Assembly: GCF_000281045.1 (NCBI RefSeq)
Contig: NW_008246071.1
Span: 633,315-697,314 of the forward strand
Reading direction: 5' to 3'
DNA length: 64,000 nucleotides
Source: Saprolegnia diclina VS20
Taxonomy: Eukaryota
Below are positions 60,903 to 64,000 of the stretch, piece after piece (within the stretch, counting starts at the first letter, position 1; each line of letters starts with the position of its first letter). The position numbers and the translations under genes were made by a program. Below the pieces are notes generated by a model. That model ran no database searches, had not been told where the DNA came from, and saw only the letters and a program-made list of their open reading frames with translations.

Positions 60903-62855
60903 TTAAGCATACAGTGTATGATACAGTGCCTCTTGCTTCTCTCGCGCGCCCAAGTAAGCTGCATGGGCGTGGTGCGACGGATCCGCCGACAGCAGCGCCG
61001 ACGAGAGGGGTTGTGCCTGGTCGAGCGATGCCGAGAGGCCCAAGTACGAGCCCAGCGCCATGGCCACGCCCCGAGACGTCGTCTCGACCGCATCGGTCTC
61101 CAGCACGACCTGGCGTCCGATCGCATCCGCTAGAACAATTCGACTTAGCAAAGCATAGCAACTCGTAAACGCACCAATCATTTGGCGCCAGAGACGCGAC
61201 GATGTGAGGGCGGTGCCGCTTGCGACGAGGACCGCGTCCGAGCTCGCTTGAGGTGCTACGTCGAGTGAGTGTTTTGGTAGAGAGGTATGTCGCTACCAAG
61301 CAGCGCGTAAATGGCCGCCAAGCGCAGCGCCACCGACTCGAGCGACGCGCGGAGAATGTCCACCGAGCTCGTGGCGGCGGTAATCCCGCTGATCGTGCAC
61401 GACGCCTTGGCGTGCCAGCCTGGAGCGCGCTCGCCTACTGCTGGTGGCACGCAACATACCACGATCACCTCGTACCATGCAAGAACGGAAGCAATGTGAG
61501 CCCGTGGGCACCCGGCGCCATGGCTTCGAGCGCGGCTGCAGCATCTAGCGATGCGTAAGGACACGATAGGAAGTAATGTGTGTACCGTTGGGCAGCGCAA
61601 GCGTCTTCTTGGCCCATGCGTAGAGAGATCCGCCGTCCGTGAGCGCGCCGCCGAGCAGAACATGGGTCGCATTGACGCGGTAGCACCAGAGCCCTCTCGG
61701 CACCTTGCCGAGGGCAGCGATCGTGACTAGGACCCGCATCGCCGCGCTCGTACCGATCGTGAGACAGATGCGACTAGCATCCTTCATGCAACAACGACGA
61801 CGCCTAGTGCTACGAGTACCTCGGGTCGGTGCACTTGGAACCAATGTTGGCAACAGCGCCATCACCAAAGGCGAGGTAAAAGGTCGCCTCCCGAAGCAGC
61901 GGCCACCGGCGTGCGTACGTGAGGTTGAGATGCGCGTCCACGGGCACCGACGGGTCCTGCATTGCAAATACAAAGCGGGGCATCGTACATGGGAGCAAAC
62001 CTGCGTCGGAGGCATGGTCGACGCTGGTGTGTGCGTCATGGCGAGGAGCTTCGCGTGCCACGCAGCGCTTCGAAAGTCCAAGAGGCCCGTCCACGACGCC
62101 TCCGAGTAGCTCATGGGAAGGACATCGGAGGCGGTGGTCCATGCTCGAAGTAGTACACCGACCATCGACTGCCACGCATGGACAGGCGACGGCGGCTGGC
62201 GCCGATTGTGCCGGAGCAGCGTCGGGGCGGCGTACGCGGGGTGCATCGGCGTGCCGGTTTGGTTGTACACCTACTCGACACGATGCAAACGATAGAAGAA
62301 GAGCAAGTCCTACCTCTGCTAGGAGACCCGCCTTGGCCAGCGCGTCGCGGAGCTCATTGGCCTCGTCTGCGCACTGCCCAGCGTATGTGTAGACAGGTGT
62401 GACGGGCGCGCCGGCCGCATCGACGCCCACGAGCGACATGCCAAACGCAGAAAAGCCAACGGCCTTGACCACATATGCGCGCTGGGTCGTCAGCCAGCCG
62501 ATCGTACCGTCCAGAACGCGCTCCTGTGGTCGTCGTGTGAGCTGGTCGAGAAGACGTCGGCAAAACAACTCACCACGGAAGCCTGGATGCTTCCCATATC
62601 GGCCGTGCCATCGGCGCCAATGGCACCTCGAGCCTCTTGGCAGAGCGAGCCGTCGACGGCGATCCATGCGCCGCGAACGCACACGTAGGCGCTGGCACGG
62701 ACGGACGAGCTGCCAATGTCGACGACGACGATGGCCGCGTCCTTCGCCCGCGCCTCGTCCTCGCGAAGAGCCGCGGCGCGTTGCTCGTAGGCCCAGGCAA
62801 CGGCAGCACCCACCAGCGTCGTCATTGCTGCGGTCGCTACCCACACGCGCACCAT
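60903..62855 (-). CDS. FGGY-family gluconokinase (Bacillus GntK-type) with N-terminal hydrophobic anchor
   Basis: VVDIGSSSVRA, SAFGMSLVGVD, TGTPMHPAY, SYSEASWTGL, GDGAVANIGS, TIGTSAAMRV, GLWCYRV, GGALTDGG, LPFLHGERAPGW, LESVALRL; multi-exon. Confidence 0.85.
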
Positions 62856-62965
62856 CTCGATCTTGCCACCGCGAGGTTGATATCGCAATCGCGTTATTCA
62901 CGTTTAACCCAGCGATATAACGCACGCCGATGCAATAAACCAAAGAGGTCAAATAAAAAACGCAT

Positions 62966-64000
62966 TTACACTTGCTGGTAGACGCCACCATGGGGCGTGG
63001 ACGGGTCCATGGACGCCGCATGCTTGGGCGGCAGCACGACGCGGCCGTCGGTTCGGTTGGTCACGTTGTAGTGCGTCTGCCACTCGGCTGGGAGCGCGTC
63101 GTGGTAGTTGTCGCGGGACGCACGCGAGCTGCAGCCAAACCGCCGGAACATGCGCAGGATGACAAACACGACGCAGCCGACGAAGCGCACGACGTTGAAG
63201 AAGCCGACGATATAGCTGAGGCCCTTGAGGTAGCACCCGCTCGACATGTAGTCGGTGACCACGTAGAGCCAAATGCCATTGGTCGTGAGCCACGAGAGGA
63301 GCAAGGTCGACCGGAACGCGCGGAAGCTGTTGTCGACCTCTTCCTTCTCCTTGGCCGCCGCTTGCCGCGCCGCCTCCACCTTCTTTTGCTGCTCGACGAC
63401 GTCCTTGACGTTGCCGCCGCCGGCTTTGGCCGGCCCGTGGCCACCCCCCGACTCGAGGCCTTTCGTGCCCCAGCTCAGATCGTGGAGGTTGCTGTACGCA
63501 TAGATACCCAGTACGTTCTACACAAGGTTGCATGAGCGCTCGTGCCACGAGATGAAGATGGACGTACGACGAACGTCGGAAGCATGAAGAAGTACTGCAC
63601 AAAGCTGAGGAGGATGCCAAACTCGCCGTGGACAAAGGCCGAGAGGAAGATGAGCCCAAGCGATGTGATGACACCGCCCGCAAGCTCGACGTCGCTGACC
63701 GTGCAGTTGGAGAACATCCCCGTGATGTTGCGCGGGTCCTTCACGGCGCTCGAGCCCTTCCCGATCAAGCCGTAGATCGAGATCCCGGTCACGAGCAGCA
63801 TGATAATGCCCATGTAGAGGCAGCTAAAGAGGTAGAAGCTGGCCGTGCGCGGCTCGGGCTTGTTGCCAAGCGCAAAGACGATGAGGCCGCCAATGATTGC
63901 GAGGTAGACGGTGAGCATCGTCTGCAGCAGCGCGGGCGCCGACTCGGTAAAGGCCAGCGTCAAGACAAAGTAGAACGTGAGAAAGAGGTTGCTGAGCAGG
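62966..64000 (-). CDS. CHS: Chitin synthase (GT2), 3' part; 5' part beyond window
   Basis: TM helices followed by [33 protein letters not shown] (conserved CHS WGTKG motif) and [15 protein letters not shown]. Confidence 0.93.

Noticed and set aside
1..64000. Prokaryotic defence systems, CRISPR arrays, tRNA/rRNA or transposons
   Set aside because: No direct-repeat/spacer arrays, cloverleaf sequences, rRNA motifs, transposase/RT ORFs or terminal repeats were seen; the window is intron-rich eukaryotic DNA.

Overview
Eukaryotic, GC-rich and very gene-dense DNA with many short (~40-55 nt) GT-AG introns. Gene content (oomycete-type chitin synthase, class II HMG-CoA reductase, RWP-RK factor, a large oomycete membrane-protein family, flagellar genes) points to an oomycete, most likely Saprolegniales (Achlya/Saprolegnia-like); this is inference. 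I hand-spliced about 27 protein-coding genes: class II HMG-CoA reductase with a long C-terminal extension (runs off the left edge), two membrane proteins, a small secreted Cys-repeat protein, a TEX47/MOT7(DYBLUF)-like protein, a hypothetical protein, NSUN5, H2A.Z, a stand-alone YME1/FtsH4 N-terminal-like protein, HIRA, a DUF4708/C18orf63-like protein, DNAAF3, an EVH1-CRIB-RhoGAP, an RWP-RK factor, a coiled-coil protein, an acyl-protein thioesterase, SPAG17/PF6, two tandem divergent PX-domain genes, a DeSI/PPPDE peptidase, a GGCT/AIG2-like protein, a membrane protein with a toxin-like HNH module, a cytochrome P450, a DNAH1-like inner-arm dynein, a divergent 2-oxoacid dehydrogenase E1, an FGGY gluconokinase and the 3' part of a chitin synthase. 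I saw no rRNA, tRNA, CRISPR array or mobile element. The best leads are the membrane-anchored HNH/toxin-like protein, the HMGR fusion, the orphan i-AAA N-domain, the EVH1-CRIB-RhoGAP architecture, the PAZ-like DUF4708 protein and a recurrent TATCCGGA promoter motif. All family calls come from recognising motifs by eye; no database search was run.
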